DNA of 64,000 bases from Camelus ferus (lineage: Eukaryota), in contig NC_045697.1 of assembly GCF_009834535.1 (NCBI RefSeq), positions 80,974,001 to 81,038,000 on the forward strand. Reading direction: 5' to 3'. The notes beneath the pieces were generated by a model. That model made no database searches and was not told the DNA's origin. It saw nothing but the letters and a program-made list of their open reading frames with translations. Positions within the stretch are counted from its first letter, which is position 1; every line of letters starts with the position of its first letter. The translations under genes and the position numbers were made by a program. Below, piece after piece: positions 1 to 14,370 of this stretch.

Positions 1-521
1 ACCATCGACACTGCTCCAGACACCCATCAACATCCTCATGGTTCCATGATCCAGGGTCACTCAGAGCAGACGATTCTCCTTTTTTTTTACTTTTTATTTT
101 TAATTGTATAGTCAGTTTACAATGTTGTGTCAATTTCTGGTGTACAGCACAACGTGATTCTCCTTCTGATGCACTGTCAGAAGGTCAGCAGTACCCTGAC
201 TCTGTGTCGCAGTGCCTGCGTAATTAACTTCACCTCACGTGATCACATAGGCATTTTATCATAAGAAGGCTGGGTAGAGTACAGTGAGATATTGAGAGAG
301 AGAGAGATCACATTCACATAACATTTATGACAGTGTATTGTGATCAATTTTATTAATTATTGTTAATCTCATACCGTGCCTAGTTCATAAATTAAAATTC
401 ATCACAGGTATGTATGTACAGGGAAAACCTGGTATATATAGGGTTCAGTACTATCTGAGGTTTCAAGCGTCCACTGGGGGGTCTTGGAACATAAACCCTG
501 GAGATCAACAGGGGCTGCTGT
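1..521 (+). mobile_element. MER44/Tigger7-like DNA transposon remnant (3' part)
   Basis: End resembles the recalled MER44 terminus (gggttcagtactatctgaggtttcaagcgtccactgggggtcttggaac...). Interrupted by a short L1 insertion. Confidence 0.7.
82..155 (-). mobile_element. Heavily 5'-truncated L1 3' end with target-site duplication
   Basis: Poly-T followed by the reverse complement of the L1 terminus seen at ~60610-60653. TSD GATTCTCCTT at 72-81 and 156-165. Confidence 0.85.
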
Positions 522-2082
522 GCTTTGTTTTACTTTAAAAGCACCTTTTGGTTTTTGGAGCCTCCTATAAGGTTACTACTCGAAATGTTTTCTGATTTGC
601 CGTGACTTCTAGTTTGACCTTCTTTGTGGGGCTTCCTTGTTCTTTTTTCCTCTTGGGGCTTTCTGTAATGATTCTTTTGAAAATGTGCTATTCATTTACA
701 AGCATTGCCTTGGCTGTGACACTTAGTTCTGTGTCACAGGCAAATACATACATATCCGGCATGTGCCTGCGTTAGGCATGTGGACCTAGATTAGTGTATC
801 GTCATTGAGAGTGGGTTAGGTTATGAGAATGAAGGCCATTTTCATTTTGGTGAGGCATTTACAAAGTTCTTCAATAGAGGGAGTATTTTGAAGAATGATG
901 TGTCTTAAAATTTCTGATATTCCTTACACTAGCGAGGTTTTATGTGCTTAGGAACCCAAGCGTTCCTATTGGGACTTCTCTAGTAGATCTGCCTGATACA
1001 GTAAACTATACCTCAGGGTCCTAAAAGTTAATGAGTTTCTCAAATGCCTGTATTATTTACAGGTCGTGGTAGTGACACTAAAATAATAGGGCCCAGCAAG
1101 TGGCCACTTAGAACGCATGACTCACTGAACAGCTTAATTGTTAACTACCTCGGTATCTTACACTGGGAGTGGTCTAGGTTTTCCAGATGTCTGGAAGTGA
1201 TTGGACAGTGGGATTTCATTTCACAACCTGGGATGAAAAGTTAGAGAAATGTCTAAACGGCATTTTTTAGAAGCTTTCATAATGTTGGAGCCTAAAGAAA
1301 CTCAAGAGAGCATCTGGTTCAGCTCCAGTTCCTCCTCAAAATGCAGCAAGTAGCCCATTCGTTTGTCACGTAGGAGATTAAAAGAGTTTGAGTGTCTCGT
1401 CCAAGGCCACACAGAAAGCTTGTGGCTCAGCCAAGTGACATGTGGATTGTTTTGCTATCGATGAGATATTTTGTCAAGATGCCTGTGTCTCTTGTCACTC
1501 ATTTACTCATTTACACATTTATAGTGTGTGCCGAACTCTGCAGAGACGACAGTTTCTCTAATCTTCATTTGGTATGTCAAAGACTGTGAGGACTTAACTA
1601 TGAGAGTCAGAAGATAGCATTTGGACTCCTATGATGTTGTAGAGATTTAGTAATAAAGAAATCTGCCACAGTCCCAATGTTTTTGATTACAGTGCTATGT
1701 TGGTGTAGAGTGAAGAAATTGCCTGCCTTCATGACAGAATCATTTTTAAATGCCTGTGCCTAACTTATTGTACTATTTAATACCTGGTAGGAGTCCTTAA
1801 AATGTGAGGATTAAGGGGAAGAGGTTTAGGTTGGATCATATCCAGATAGTAGCCTATCTCTTTCATTACAGAGTGGTAGAGAACATGATATGAATTCAAA
1901 AAGAAAAAAAAGTTGGGAAAAAAAAAGGTTTACTTTGGCCAGGAAGGAGGTCTATAAACATAGATTCCTATTTGGTTAGGTCCTTCAGGTAATAAATGTG
2001 AATGAAATAATAATATGTAATAGGGGGTGACTGTAGCTTTTAGTAGTTTGTTTGGTTTTTTTGTGAATCAGAGGGTGTATCA

Positions 2083-2083
2083 T

Positions 2084-2122
<39 letters not shown>

Positions 2123-2124
2123 TT
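2083..2124. repeat. (TTTA)n microsatellite, abutting an MLT1 LTR end fragment (~2123-2170)
   Basis: About ten TTTA units, then attgctgcataaaaaactaccccagaacttagtggcttaaaacaaca. Confidence 0.9.
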
Positions 2125-4923
2125 GCTGCATAAAAAACTACCCCAGAACTTAGTGGCTTAAAACAACATTTACTTTGAGAAGTTTTATTAAGGGGTAAAA
2201 ACAATACTACCACCGAAGAATAGTACATTTACTTAGGGAGTCTTTCGATGATTAAAATTGAGGTGATGAATTTTAGATGATTTCCCATTGGCTGGAGTGG
2301 TCTGGCTCTGCCGGGCGCTTGGTCTCTGCCACTGTTCAGCGTCTACAGCCCTGAACTGTAATTGCACCTAATAGACTGTACCTTAATTACCAGTTTTTTC
2401 GCGCGGTTCTCTCCCTAACTGGGGTGTGGATGCCTTAAAGGGTGGATATAATAAGGTAGATAACCTACTTACTCTCCTCTGCCCTGTGTACTTGGAAAAT
2501 GGTAGCCATTTAAAATTGAATGAATTGCGTCAAATAGAAATAGGTGCCAAAAAAGTAGGTGATTCAGCTAGTACATCAATGTTGTTAGTATTATAACCAT
2601 TTTTTGTTGATTTCAAATTTACGTCCAGATGCCTTCTCGGTCATTAAGTCACCAAACAATCCAGGCTGAGTTATTTTAATGAATTAGAGTAGCTACCTAA
2701 AGTTATCGATACTGAGAAATGGAAATCACCCAGTTGGTGAGCTAAATGGTCTCTCCTGTGTTCCAAATACCCGTGTGAACGAGGGCAGCAGTGCAAGACG
2801 GGCCCGCTGTTGTTGCCTGAAAGACGGCTTGGGTGCTGTGACACTCACCTGGTGGACCTCAGAGGTGCCTTACTGCCAGGCTGGGAGTATGAGGGGCATC
2901 TTCATTTCACCATTTGTAGAGACATTTTTAATTTGCGGAAACAGTCCTGGTGAGAGATACAGATAAGAGATAAACAGAGATAAGAAAGAGCGTGAGACCA
3001 AGAATGGGGTCATGAGATAATCATTGTTTGTCATTTTGTCATTTACCAGAGAGCTCCCTCACAGAGAAAGGTTCTGGGGGAAAAACAGACATTGTGCAAC
3101 AGATCAAGTTATGAGAAGGAGAATAAAACCAAAAATCAAAAGAGAGACTTTATACTTAGTTTTCACTGAGTAATAAACCATTACTTGTTATTACATATGG
3201 TAATGTAATTATATTACATTTATAAGTGCATTGTATGTACACTGCATTGAGTAATAAGCCATTACTTATTATTACATGTGGTAGTGGGAAGCTGACTTCC
3301 CCAACAGTAAATAAATGTCTAGGCTGAGTTATGGGACCAGAGTCCTTGGGGTTAACAGACTGATCCCGGATTGCAGCAGTTGTGAAAAACTAAGGCCATT
3401 TTAATCAAAAGCCATTTAATAGTATGTTAAATATAAGTTATCTCTTGAAACATAAAGCTAGAGACAGGGTTATAATCATTCTATCATATTGATTAAAGTG
3501 CCTCCTTTTAAATAAGTATTTAATCAAAATATATATTTTTATAGTTGGTTCCTTATTTTGAACACCATGGCTCACAAATACTTTTTTAGAATGTGTTCAT
3601 CCCTGTAGTACCACTGCTCTGTTGGTTGCTATGTGGGGATCCGAAAATGGAGAACTATGATATTTGCAGGAGATGAACAGTTTAATTCTAATTACTGATT
3701 CTTAGCTTAAATATTCACAACATAATAGTTGGGCATAAATGCTAGATTCCCTATGGGAACTCATTAATGTAAAATGTTGTTTCAGATAATTCTTGCAAAA
3801 GTTAGCCTGAGCTTTTATTTTGTCTTTATCTTGTAGTAAGAAACCAGATTACATGGCTGAGTGAATCTATCCAGGAAGTAAATCAGGCACTGTTGCAACC
3901 ATCAATAACTTACTGTTCAGTTCACTGATACGGTAATTTTCTAAGCAGCATCGTAGTTTTAAATAGCTTATCAGTTGCTTCTGTAAGCATTATGGGCTTA
4001 CAAGAGTTTCCTGATACATTAGGAGACCCAAATGTGCAGAATCTGACATGATTTTTAAACACCTTCCTCCGTCTACTATTACGTATTTAACCTTTAGGTG
4101 CCCTGCAGAATTGTCCATTTAGATACTAATTCAAACACTGGCAATGTCAAGGGATATATTTTTTGACTATTCATTTTTACAAATGATAATTTTCATAATT
4201 TTATTGCTGTTAGCACCTGTTTTTGGTATATTCTTCACAGATACTCTCATTCCAAGCCAAACAGTCTAGTTTTGAAATTAAAATCACTACTGTTAGTGAG
4301 TTTGTCAGATCTATTCCTGAGTGCAGACTTTGAAAGAGGAGGGAGTGAGCAGGAGCTTCTGAAAAATCAGCGGCACTGGAGACAGACTACCTAGTTTATA
4401 GTTTTGTTTACAGAATTTTTTATACCACTTTCCAGGGGCTGTGGCAAAGTAGCAAAGTGGAAAAACATGGGCCTTTTCAGCCAAAAGGTCTTGGCTTTTC
4501 ATCTTTTGGCCTTAATAGGTCTCTTTTGGACCAGGCTGGGAGTTGGCCTCGTTAAAATGAGGCCAGCAGTGCTTACCTGAGAGGGTTTGGGCAAACGAGA
4601 GCCCTGGTGGTACTTGGGGGTGCTTGCTGTTGCTGTATTGTGATAACTCTTGTCATTGAGGATGAGCTGTGACTGAATCACCGTCCCTTGCTGTTCTCCA
4701 CATGGCAAATCAAAGAACAGTTTCAGGCGTATAGGAAGGACGTGGAGGAAATATCTTTGGCTTCACTTCTACTCAGGGGTTGATACTTGGTATTTCTACT
4801 TCCATCTTGGGGATGTTTATTTAAATCCTTTCTTTCATTCTCTTTCTCACTGAAGTCGAAGAATGACAAGTAAGTGAGATATGCAGACATTAGACTATCT
4901 CAGTGTCTTAAGAAATGAGCAGT

Positions 4924-5015
4924 GGGTAGGGTATACAGCTCAGTGGTAGAGGGCGTGCTCAGCATGCACAAGGTTCTGGGTTCAATCAATACCAACATTA
5001 AAAAAAAAAAAAAGA
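4924..5015 (+). mobile_element. tRNA-derived SINE (camelid Vic-1-like)
   Basis: A box cagctcagtggtagag, B box ggttcaat, A-tail. TSD AAGA(A/C)ATGAGCAG at 4910-4922 and 5016-5028. Confidence 0.85.
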
Positions 5016-5504
5016 AAGACATGAGCAGAGGCTGAAAAGTCTGTCTTGTAAGGGCAGGAGAATTAAAGAGTAGCCTCCTGGGACTTCTGAATTCTGGCTT
5101 CTTTAGGCTTAGTCATATTATCTGTGGTTTTTCTGTCCTTTAAAAGGAGGAGCAGAAACTCCAGCCCTGGTTCTGCTGTCTCCACCCTGGTTCCTTCTCC
5201 TTCTATGCATCTCATTCTGGAGGGACCGTAGGGGAAGCTCCAGGCAAATGGCTGCCTGCCTTCTAGCCAGAGTCTATCTGGGTTCCCTTCCACACGGAGG
5301 CCCTGCTGAACTAGATGCTAGATTAAGTAACCTATAATCCTCAAAAAAGTGGAAGATTTTCTTCTAAGATCTCGAGCGTAGACTCTGCAGTCAACCTCAG
5401 TGTTCATCCTGACTTCTTCCCTCGTCTCTATAGTCTGCCTCAGTCGTAGCCTTTGTATAATCCCTCACACTCAGTGGTATTGTTTCAATCCGAATCCCAT
5501 CACG

Positions 5505-5633
5505 TTCTTGTTAAAACACGGATTGTAGGGCCAGAGGTTTGGGATGAATCTCCTAATTTGTAACAAAGTCCCAGGTGATGGTGGTGCTTTTTTGCTGCTG
5601 GTCTGAGGACTAAGCATACTCTGGGAACCACTG
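5505..5633. mobile_element. MER5A-like hAT remnant
   Basis: Characteristic taacaaagtcccaggtgatg...gctgctggtctgaggac...gaaccactg end. Confidence 0.6.
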
Positions 5634-6349
5634 ATTCAGATTCAGACTATCTGTGTGTGGACTGGGTATTTTAATTACATTGTGTGATATATTTTGTATG
5701 AGAATGATATTTTTCCTGCTCATTATAGGCTACTCTTCTTCTAGAAAATGATTTTCAGTGTAAATTGTACCAACATAAATATATACACAAATCTAGATTT
5801 CAAGAACTAGAAGAGCCCTGGCTTCCATTTTCTGTCTGGAGAGCTCATTACCATACAATTCTGTTTTGTGAAATTACAGTGATGCTGTTGAATTATCAAC
5901 CCTTGCTTTAATAAGCAGATCTAAATAGGACATCCGTGTGCAGCCATGTTCCTGATAGGCGAGATCTTCAGAACTAATATCCTTTAACTTCTCTCCCTAT
6001 TTTCACTTGTCTCTACCGCTTTTTTTTTTACAACATTCTAAGAATATTTTATCTCAAGTTAATATACAGCATTGAATCAAAGCAGGCTGTGATTTTAAAG
6101 TTTTATTACATAAATGCCTATTTCTAAAATTCTAAGAAATTATATGCCAAAATTATTTTTGTTCTTATGTACAATCTTATATCCAAAATCTAGGAGCAAG
6201 CAGAATGTCTTTTACTCTATATTGCTTTCCATAAGTGCTCACTACCCATTGATCATTTTTTGTGTTTATAATATGTCAATACTATGAATACAACAAAATG
6301 CAAAAGGGTCTGTTTTTTACACAGGTTTATATCAGCTTGCTTACTCAGG

Positions 6350-6555
6350 AAATTGACCCTCGAACAACACAGGGTTAGGGACTCCAACCCTCTGCACCCT
6401 CGAAAATCCACGTGTAACTTCCATTCGTCTCTATGTATGTATTATCCACAGTTCCTCATCCCTGATGGTATAATACTGTAGTGTTCACTGTTGAACAAAA
6501 TCTATGTGTAAGTGGATCCACTCAGGTCAAACCCATGTTGTTCAAGGGTCACCTG
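6350..6555 (-). mobile_element. MER8/Tigger2-like MITE
   Basis: Terminal inverted repeats ttgaccctcgaacaacac ... atgttgttcaagggtcacctg. Confidence 0.75.
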
Positions 6556-7143
6556 CATTTTTATATTGTGAGAACTACTTTATCTTTTTTACTGTGGTGG
6601 AAGGCATCTTTCTTATAAGTTAGCAAACCCTGAACATGCACATAAGCTTTACACAAGTCCTTGCCTGATAAACCCAGTCTGGACCTGGGCTGAGGGTTGC
6701 TTTGTAATGGATATTTCTGTAGCAAGAAAACAGGACAGATAGCCAAAGAGAAATAGGCTTTGAAGGGGTGAGACTTAGGTTTGAGACCCGAACACAACCA
6801 TGCAGAGGCCGGGTAAAGGAAGAGGAACCTCCAAGAAGTCTGAGAAGTCACAACCAGAGGCAGGAAGCATAACCAGGAAAAAGGGGTGTTTTAGGATCCA
6901 AGGGCTGGGTGTTTCAGGAAGGGAAGGTTCACAAGTTATTGCTGCTGAATCGTGTGTTTCCACGTGTTAGTTGGGGATGTATACACGTGGTCATATGTCA
7001 CTGGACCATTTTAGTTGCTACTGGGTAGATAAATAGAACAGAAAACCAAATTCATGCTCACTTTTAACAGTCAGCCTTGCATTTGCTGCGTCAGATCATT
7101 GGTAAAGGTGAAGGAGCACCGGCTAGAACCAAGCAGGTATATA

Positions 7144-7303
7144 CAGTTGACTCTTGAACAACATGGATTTGAACTGCATGGGTCCATTTGTATGTGGATA
7201 CGGAGGAACCAAGGATACAGAGGGCCGGCTATAAATTATACCGGGATCATAGACTGCAGGGAGGCTTGGCACCCCAGCCCCCAAGTTGTTCAAGGGTCAG
7301 CTG
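7144..7303 (+). mobile_element. MER8/Tigger2-like MITE, internally deleted
   Basis: TIRs cagttgactcttgaacaac ... gttgttcaagggtcagctg, preceded by TA. Confidence 0.8.
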
Positions 7304-10300
7304 CATAGTCACGGTCTCCAGCTAGCCCCTGGGGAGATCACTTTCCCCTCGTGGGCCCGTTTCTTTATCATTAAGCTGTAGGTAGGTGAGTGGGTGGGGA
7401 TAGGACTGGTTTTTAAAGTTTCTTCCACTTCAGTGATGGTGTGAAATAAAACATTTTGAGCACCATATATACATTAAAACACAGGCTTTCATTCTTAACT
7501 TAAAACAGTTTTATTTCTGGTGCAGTTATGATGAAAGAACCAAAGTCAAGCAGACCTCTCTGTAAGTGTATTCTAAGTTCATAGAAGTGCGGGCTTGTAG
7601 AGGATGGACGAGGGATAGGTATGGAAGAGTACTGATTTTACAATTTATGTGTGACGAATCTTTGATTTTCAGGTGAGTCATTAAGGGATAATTAGAAATA
7701 GTATTAAGAGAAATAACTTTTGCTTTTTCAAAATCTTATGATTAAAAATTCAAACCATCATTTAGTTCTGTTTTGCACAATATAGGGAATATAATTGAAT
7801 TACCCCTTTTATTGAAGGATATTTTTCTGAACTGTAATCTTAAAGAGAATTTGTAAACATATCAAAGCATACACACCACTTGGTTTCCTCTCACTTTAAA
7901 GATTATATCTTTTAAGCTTTTTACGATAGAGAATTTGTGAATGGATTTTGTAAAATACTTTTCTTCTCCAAGGCAAAAATTGAAATAACAGAAAAGTGCT
8001 TAAAGCCCTTGCAAATTTGGCTTCATTTTGGTAAAGTGCATACTTAGTTGAATATTGTATAGAGTATTAAAAAAAGGAGATAATTTGCCCCCTGTGCCGC
8101 CAAAACTTAAATGTATCAAAACTTGGCTTAGTTATAATTAGAAATATGTGTAAGATTGAGAACAGTCATCTGAGGCACTAAACACAAACCTGTTTTCTGT
8201 TAGCAATGCCTTACTAATGCATTTAGGGTTTTTTTTTTTTTCTTTTGACAGCTTATAGTTATTTCAGTTAAATTTTAAGTAACTTACTTCATGAATAAAA
8301 CTTCAGATGAGGCTCCTTGACTGGATTTTAACAGATTTAAAGGGGAAATTTATACTGGTGTGTGATCTGGGTCACTTTTCTGTTCTGAAGATAGAAAAGT
8401 CTCCATTGTTTTAAACTGTTTAGAAGTGTTTGATTTTTATAAGGACTAAAGTTAGGTAAAGATAAAAAGTGAGGCTATTTATCTGCTACTTTATTATGTG
8501 CAACCTATATTCAGTTGAATGCAGAAAAGTTCATTTTCCCAAAAAGCATATATGGGCTTCCTGTAATAATGTTTGAATATACATCATTTATCCCTCTAGA
8601 CTTGCTTAGTAATAATGTCTTTTTTAAACTACGAGGATTTAATGGAAATCATATGTAATATGTCATTTATGTGAGTTAAACTAAATCAGCTACTTAGGAG
8701 GTTAGGCTTACTTTGTTTCTAGTCCAAATAGCTTTTCGACAGAGATGACAGATCTGTGTAGCTATCGGCTTTGTTCGCGTGTTGTACATAATCAGTGCTG
8801 ATACTGGTAACTTTACTTCTTTCAGCTGATTAGGGCCTCAAAAGTTTTATATCCAGTATTTGAGTACTTTTGTTTTTCTCCTTAAAAAGTCAGTATTAGG
8901 CACTACTGGTTACTACCAGCTGAAGCCTCACACAGCTGTGTATTTAGCATTTAATCATGCTACGAATTGCTAATTAGGACATCAAACTGGACAAAGCGTA
9001 CCCAGTGGAGTTGAGACAATACCGTTTTTGTTTGAAGAAACATAAATAAATAATCTTTACGCAGTCGTGGTTTCACCAGTAGGCATCTGTACCGAGTATG
9101 GAAAGGAGGCAATCTTTAACAAAATGTTTTAACTCCCTGGGCATAATTTATCAATATCATCCTTTCATAGAAATTTATACTCTTTCTAAAATATGGCCAG
9201 CCTTAGTCAGAATGGTCAAGTTTACATGGGGCTTTTTGATTTCTCTTTCTAGTCTGCACTTTTCTTATTCTGCTCCCTTTCAGTAGCCCCCAAACCCTGA
9301 TATCCACCCCCATGGCCCAAATGCATGAACTCTCTCCTGCTCTCCTCCCTCTGCTTTGTTCCACCTCTAATCTGAACCCCAGGGTAGCACCCTCAGGTTA
9401 GCCTTCCTCTGGCTCAGGCTGTCCAGTGCTCCCCAATCCCCTTCTCCTTTTCTCTTTTTAAAACCACCTTGTTTCCAAACCTCAGATGCAGTTACTTAGC
9501 TGTAGTCAAGATGAGGACGAAGAAATTTCTTCCATGCTGTGTTCCTGGCTGGTAGCAATTTAACGTATTGCCTTTCTAGGAGTAGTGAATATTTCATACG
9601 AAGTCAGAAGTCTAGTGACAGTAAGAATAAGTCAGGAGAATCAATACCAGCCTTGTAATTAGTCTGGTGAGGAAGAGGGCAAGGTAATGGTTCCAGAGAA
9701 TGAGGGGCACACTCTGGGCGTCCCTAATACCAGTTCTTATCACCCTCTCACTTGGGTGATTATACTCTTAAAGGTTCATACTTACTCCGGGAAGGAGGTA
9801 ATGCAGCAGTTTTAGCCTTTTACAGCCCAAATCTCATAACCCTGTGAGTTAACAGGTGATAGGAATGTCAGGGGGCCCGACATGGTGCTAATGTCATGGG
9901 TGCTTAACACTCAGGGAGATTTCACTCTTCCTTTTCAGTTTGAGAATTAAGCAAGCCAGACAACTGCTGTGTTGAGAAGCTAAGATGTGCAGAAAGTGTT
10001 TAAATGCATTGAAAATGTGTAAGTGGCAAAGATTTTCTTGAAAGCTTTACTTGGTTGAGAAATATGCATTTGGGAAAGTAACTAATGACTGCCTAAAATT
10101 CAACAGGTACATCCTTCTTAGCTTTAGCTGTTGTTGTTGCTGTGTTTAGCATGTGTAGACTGGCTCTGCTCCACTAATTCATGTTGTCAAAGCTATGTCC
10201 GTGTAGTAGCAATAGATTCTGGGATTCAGGATTCTGGGATTCAGTGTCGCATGTCTGCCACTTACTAGTTTTGACATCGTGGGTCTTGTCCCATGAACTT

Positions 10301-13019
10301 TCCAGCTGCAGTTTTCTTACTTGTCAAACGAGAGGGTTAGTAATATTTTTGTCTGTATTAAAAATGTTCATTGAAGATCTCTTGAAATAACCTTTGTACC
10401 TATAAATCACAGAGTATTATATAAAAGTAAAGGATTATTGAACCATTAGGTAGGAGATATACATTATGAATTTTTAGAAATTTATTATTTACCAAAATGA
10501 GCTGCATTTTTAAGAGAGCGTGTAGTGGAGGACCAAAGATCTGAGGTTTGATCCGCCGCTCCCACTAACTCCAGTAACACACCGGCTTTCCCTGGCAGTC
10601 TTGCTTATCTGGATGATAACCAAGGGCTAAAATCTAAGTCAAAAAGACATTTGGGAAGCCAAAGTAAATGCCAAAATATCTCCAGGAACTAAAATTCGTA
10701 TACTGACTCACCGTAGAGACCTTCTTCCTCCAGAGTTAATTCACTCTAATTATACACCTTTGAAACAGCTTGCTATTTTATTTCTAAGACTAAGAGTCAA
10801 ACAAATCAATCGTTCATGTTGGTGCACTGAAAACAGTGAAAAGTCACAATTTAATAACCTGGCAGGAAAAAGAGACCCTTCCAGAGTAAATGTAAGGAGA
10901 CTACAAGTAGCTCAAAGCGCACAGCCCTCTGGGGCCTTTTAGCGTAGCAGACCCTGAAAGCATCACTCTGTTACAGAGACACAAAAACGTAATTAAGTTC
11001 ATATGTTTATAATCAGATAATTCTCTGTATAATCAAAGCATGAAGTGTGTAGCATCTCTTATCAGTATGTCCATCAACAGTAGGCCTTCCTGTCTTGTAA
11101 CCTAAAGTACCCAGAGAGATGCGGTTCACAACAGGCTTCGGGTAGCTTGTACTTGTACTTAAGGAATCCAGAACCACTTCATCAAGATTGGTCCAGTTTA
11201 TTCATCTGTGAAATGAAGAGCTTCCGCTAAACTAACCTTTAGAATTACAGGCTAAAATATGTTACCTCATGTGTCTCTTCTGCCTGAATAATACTGTTAG
11301 TTTTAAAACTCAGCTAGATTTCTTGGTATCAGATTTTCCATAGAGGATATATGGTAAAGAATAGGCTGGTGTGCAGTGCTTGCTTTATTCACTTAAACTA
11401 GCCAAAAATGCCTTTTACCTTTAAGATTAGGCCATAAAATAACACTTTAAAATTTTTACTTTTACATTTTTTAATGAATATACACAGAACACTTTTTTTT
11501 TTTTAAGAGACTATGTTAGGTTCCAGAAACAGAAGGTTTAGCAAAGTGGGCTTGTGTCCTCAGGGAACTTCAGTGTGGTGAGAGAGACAGATACTAAACT
11601 TCTAATCACATTAAATGACATTTGTAAGTGCTACGAAGGAAAACATGGGACCTAAAGAGTGTGGCCTTAGAACCTAGAGTGGCAAATGGCCCCAAGGATG
11701 TTCCACTGTAGTTTTTCTATCCCTGGGTTCTAGATCTATGCTGCAATGCTTACTGGGTAAGACCACCACCTTATAATAAGACCCTCTGGGGAGCCCAGAA
11801 CTAAAGCTCTTCCGAAGGAGTAGTAATGCAAAGCTCAGGTTAGGCCAATTTGGGGCCATCCATCTGTCCCTCCTTCCACTTCTGTCCCTCTTTTCCTTCC
11901 TCTGCCACCCTTCTATAATAATTTATTGAGGGTCACCATGTATGAGGGACATTTTAAAACTCATCTCCTTTAACAGGAAGTGGGACCTCCCTCTGCTACC
12001 CCTGTGGCTGAGGTTGTAGGTCGTTCTGATGTTTAGTTCCTGCTGAATGTTCTCTACTTATTGGAAAGTTACTCTCTCCCATAAGCTGCTTGTTTGAGTG
12101 GTGAATTCTCTTTGTCATTTTTCTATCTCACCAACTTTTATAGGTTGATTGTCACCTGCACATCCACCCTTTGGTCCAGCTGCCCTTCTTAGATATCTTA
12201 CTGCAGAAGATTTTCCTAAGCTTCCATCCCAAGCTCACTGAGGCTCTCTAGGTCTCACAGACTTTCCTAATCTCCCTTGAGAACGTTACTTCATCCTTAT
12301 AGAAGAAAATGCCTCGTCCTTCTTACCTAGATCCTTTGTTTATTCACTCATTTCCTTATTGAGCAATATTTGTTGATCACCTGCCTTGTGCGAGATACTC
12401 CATTCGATGCTGAGGAAACAATAAAATGTCATAGTCCCCTAAACCTCCAAAGATCTTATGTGTGACCTGTAAGTTTTATAGCACATTGGGATTTCAATGC
12501 TGGTTCCACTTGGGAAAGAAAACCCCAGGTGGGAGGAAAAGACAGCCATCTCTGGCTCTCTGCCACCCTCTTTATCAGATTCCATTCACTTAGTTCTTTC
12601 CTTCATTAGGTCTGTTGGCAAATATTTATTGAGTGTTGGGCGTTAGTCTAAATGCCATGGCCAAGTAGTGTGTTAACCATGCCCTTCTTTAAAGGAACTG
12701 GAAGAGGCTGCCATCCCGAAACCTGACCTTATGGGCACTCTGATGTTGAACATGGACTTTCACGTCACCGTTATACCTCGGCACACAGTTGAGGCAGAGA
12801 GTGGAACTGGGATTATGTGCTGAGAAAGTAGTGCTGGGAAAGGCAGGCCCCCTGGGCTTTAGTTAATATGGAATGAAGAATCTGTGCCCTGTAATCGTTC
12901 CCATTTCTTTATTTTGCCTTTTCTTCTATTTTCCCTTGACTTTCCCCATAAGACCCAAGCACCATTACTTTTGGAAACCATCTTTGCTGGAACTGGAACT
13001 AAGGAGGCCGCCTGGTACT

Positions 13020-13200
13020 GGAATGGGCACAGGCGTTAAGGCCAGGCAAACCTGTTTTAATCGTGGTTTCACTATTACTAGTCTTAGGTTACTGGGCAAG
13101 TTATTTAATTCCTCTGAACCTCAACTTTTTTATTCATGAAATAAGAAAAATAATTCCATTGTAAAAATAAACCCGATCAATTGTAAGTACTTGGCACATG
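13020..13200 (+). mobile_element. MIR SINE remnant
   Basis: Core gggcaagttatttaattcctctgaacctcaact. Bounds approximate. Confidence 0.65.
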
Positions 13201-14370
13201 CAGACTTATTTTCCCTTGGTTGCCTAACATTGTCTTCCAGACAGAGCTGGCGGGAGGGAAAGGGGATCTCAGGTCAGCAGTGACTGGAACGGAGATGGCG
13301 GGTGCTTTGTTCGATGCATGGAACATATTGTTGACTTTACCTGCATGTGACATTGACTTCACTTTGCTTTGCACTGTTTCGATCTCATAGATTGATCATT
13401 TTCATGTAAAGAAACATTCTAAGGACTTTGCTTAGAAGAGAAGCACTCCTCAGGTTCCTACGCCTGTGACAGTCTTCAGGAGGAATACACGTATGGCTGT
13501 GGACCTCAGCAGATGCTAGCTGCCATCCCAAATAAATGAGTGTTATCAAAAATAGTGTTAAAAAATGATGTCCTAGGGCCATGTATTCCTGGATTTTATT
13601 TAATTCAAAAATGTATCCTAGAAAATATCACTCTATAAAAAAGCCCTGAATTTTGTGGCACTTTAATCATTGTGGTCCATCTTAATTTCTGTGGAAAAAA
13701 TTTTGCTAAACTTTTGACTGTTGCTGTGTTCAAAAACATAACAAGCAAAATCTAAATTCAAAAGCTAAAATTAATAAGCCTTTAGAGGGTTAAGGATGAA
13801 GTTTGGATTAAAATTTTTCTTTGTGAATCTTTGTCAACTGATAATCAATTAATGAAAAAGGAAGCCCAACTGTTTGCAGCTTTGCCATCTTCCTCGATAA
13901 TAGTGTTACTTTAAAATTCAGCATCATTTTTAGTTTATTCCTTCCCTTTCTTCCAACCATGTGAGACATCTGTCCCTCCTTGTTCAATCTCATTTTGTTT
14001 CTATTGCCGTAAACAAAGCAGTACTTGAATTTGGATTGTGTTAAATTTTGGTCTGGTGACTGTTCTAAAGGACCCAGTCATAGATTCCAGTTCATACGAG
14101 TGATGAGAAAGCAATGTCTTATCTAAAATTATTTGGTGTAGAAAATCTTCATAATAGAATGTTAGTTTAAAAGATAAAAAGAGAAAAAGGATATTTGTCT
14201 ACAAACCTCAGCAGATATCAGATGCAGATTTATTCACACATATTTCTATGACTGGTGTTATAATGAGATTAAGACCCCAAGTGTTTTGATGATATTTACT
14301 GATTCATAAAATGAGTTTAACCACTGAAAAAAATTTACACAAAAATGAGACAGGAGGACGGAGGAAAAAA

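Noticed and set aside
4924..5015. tRNA-like sequences (also 57410-57503 and 59211-59319)
   Set aside because: A-tails, TSDs and broken stems show they are SINEs, not tRNA genes.
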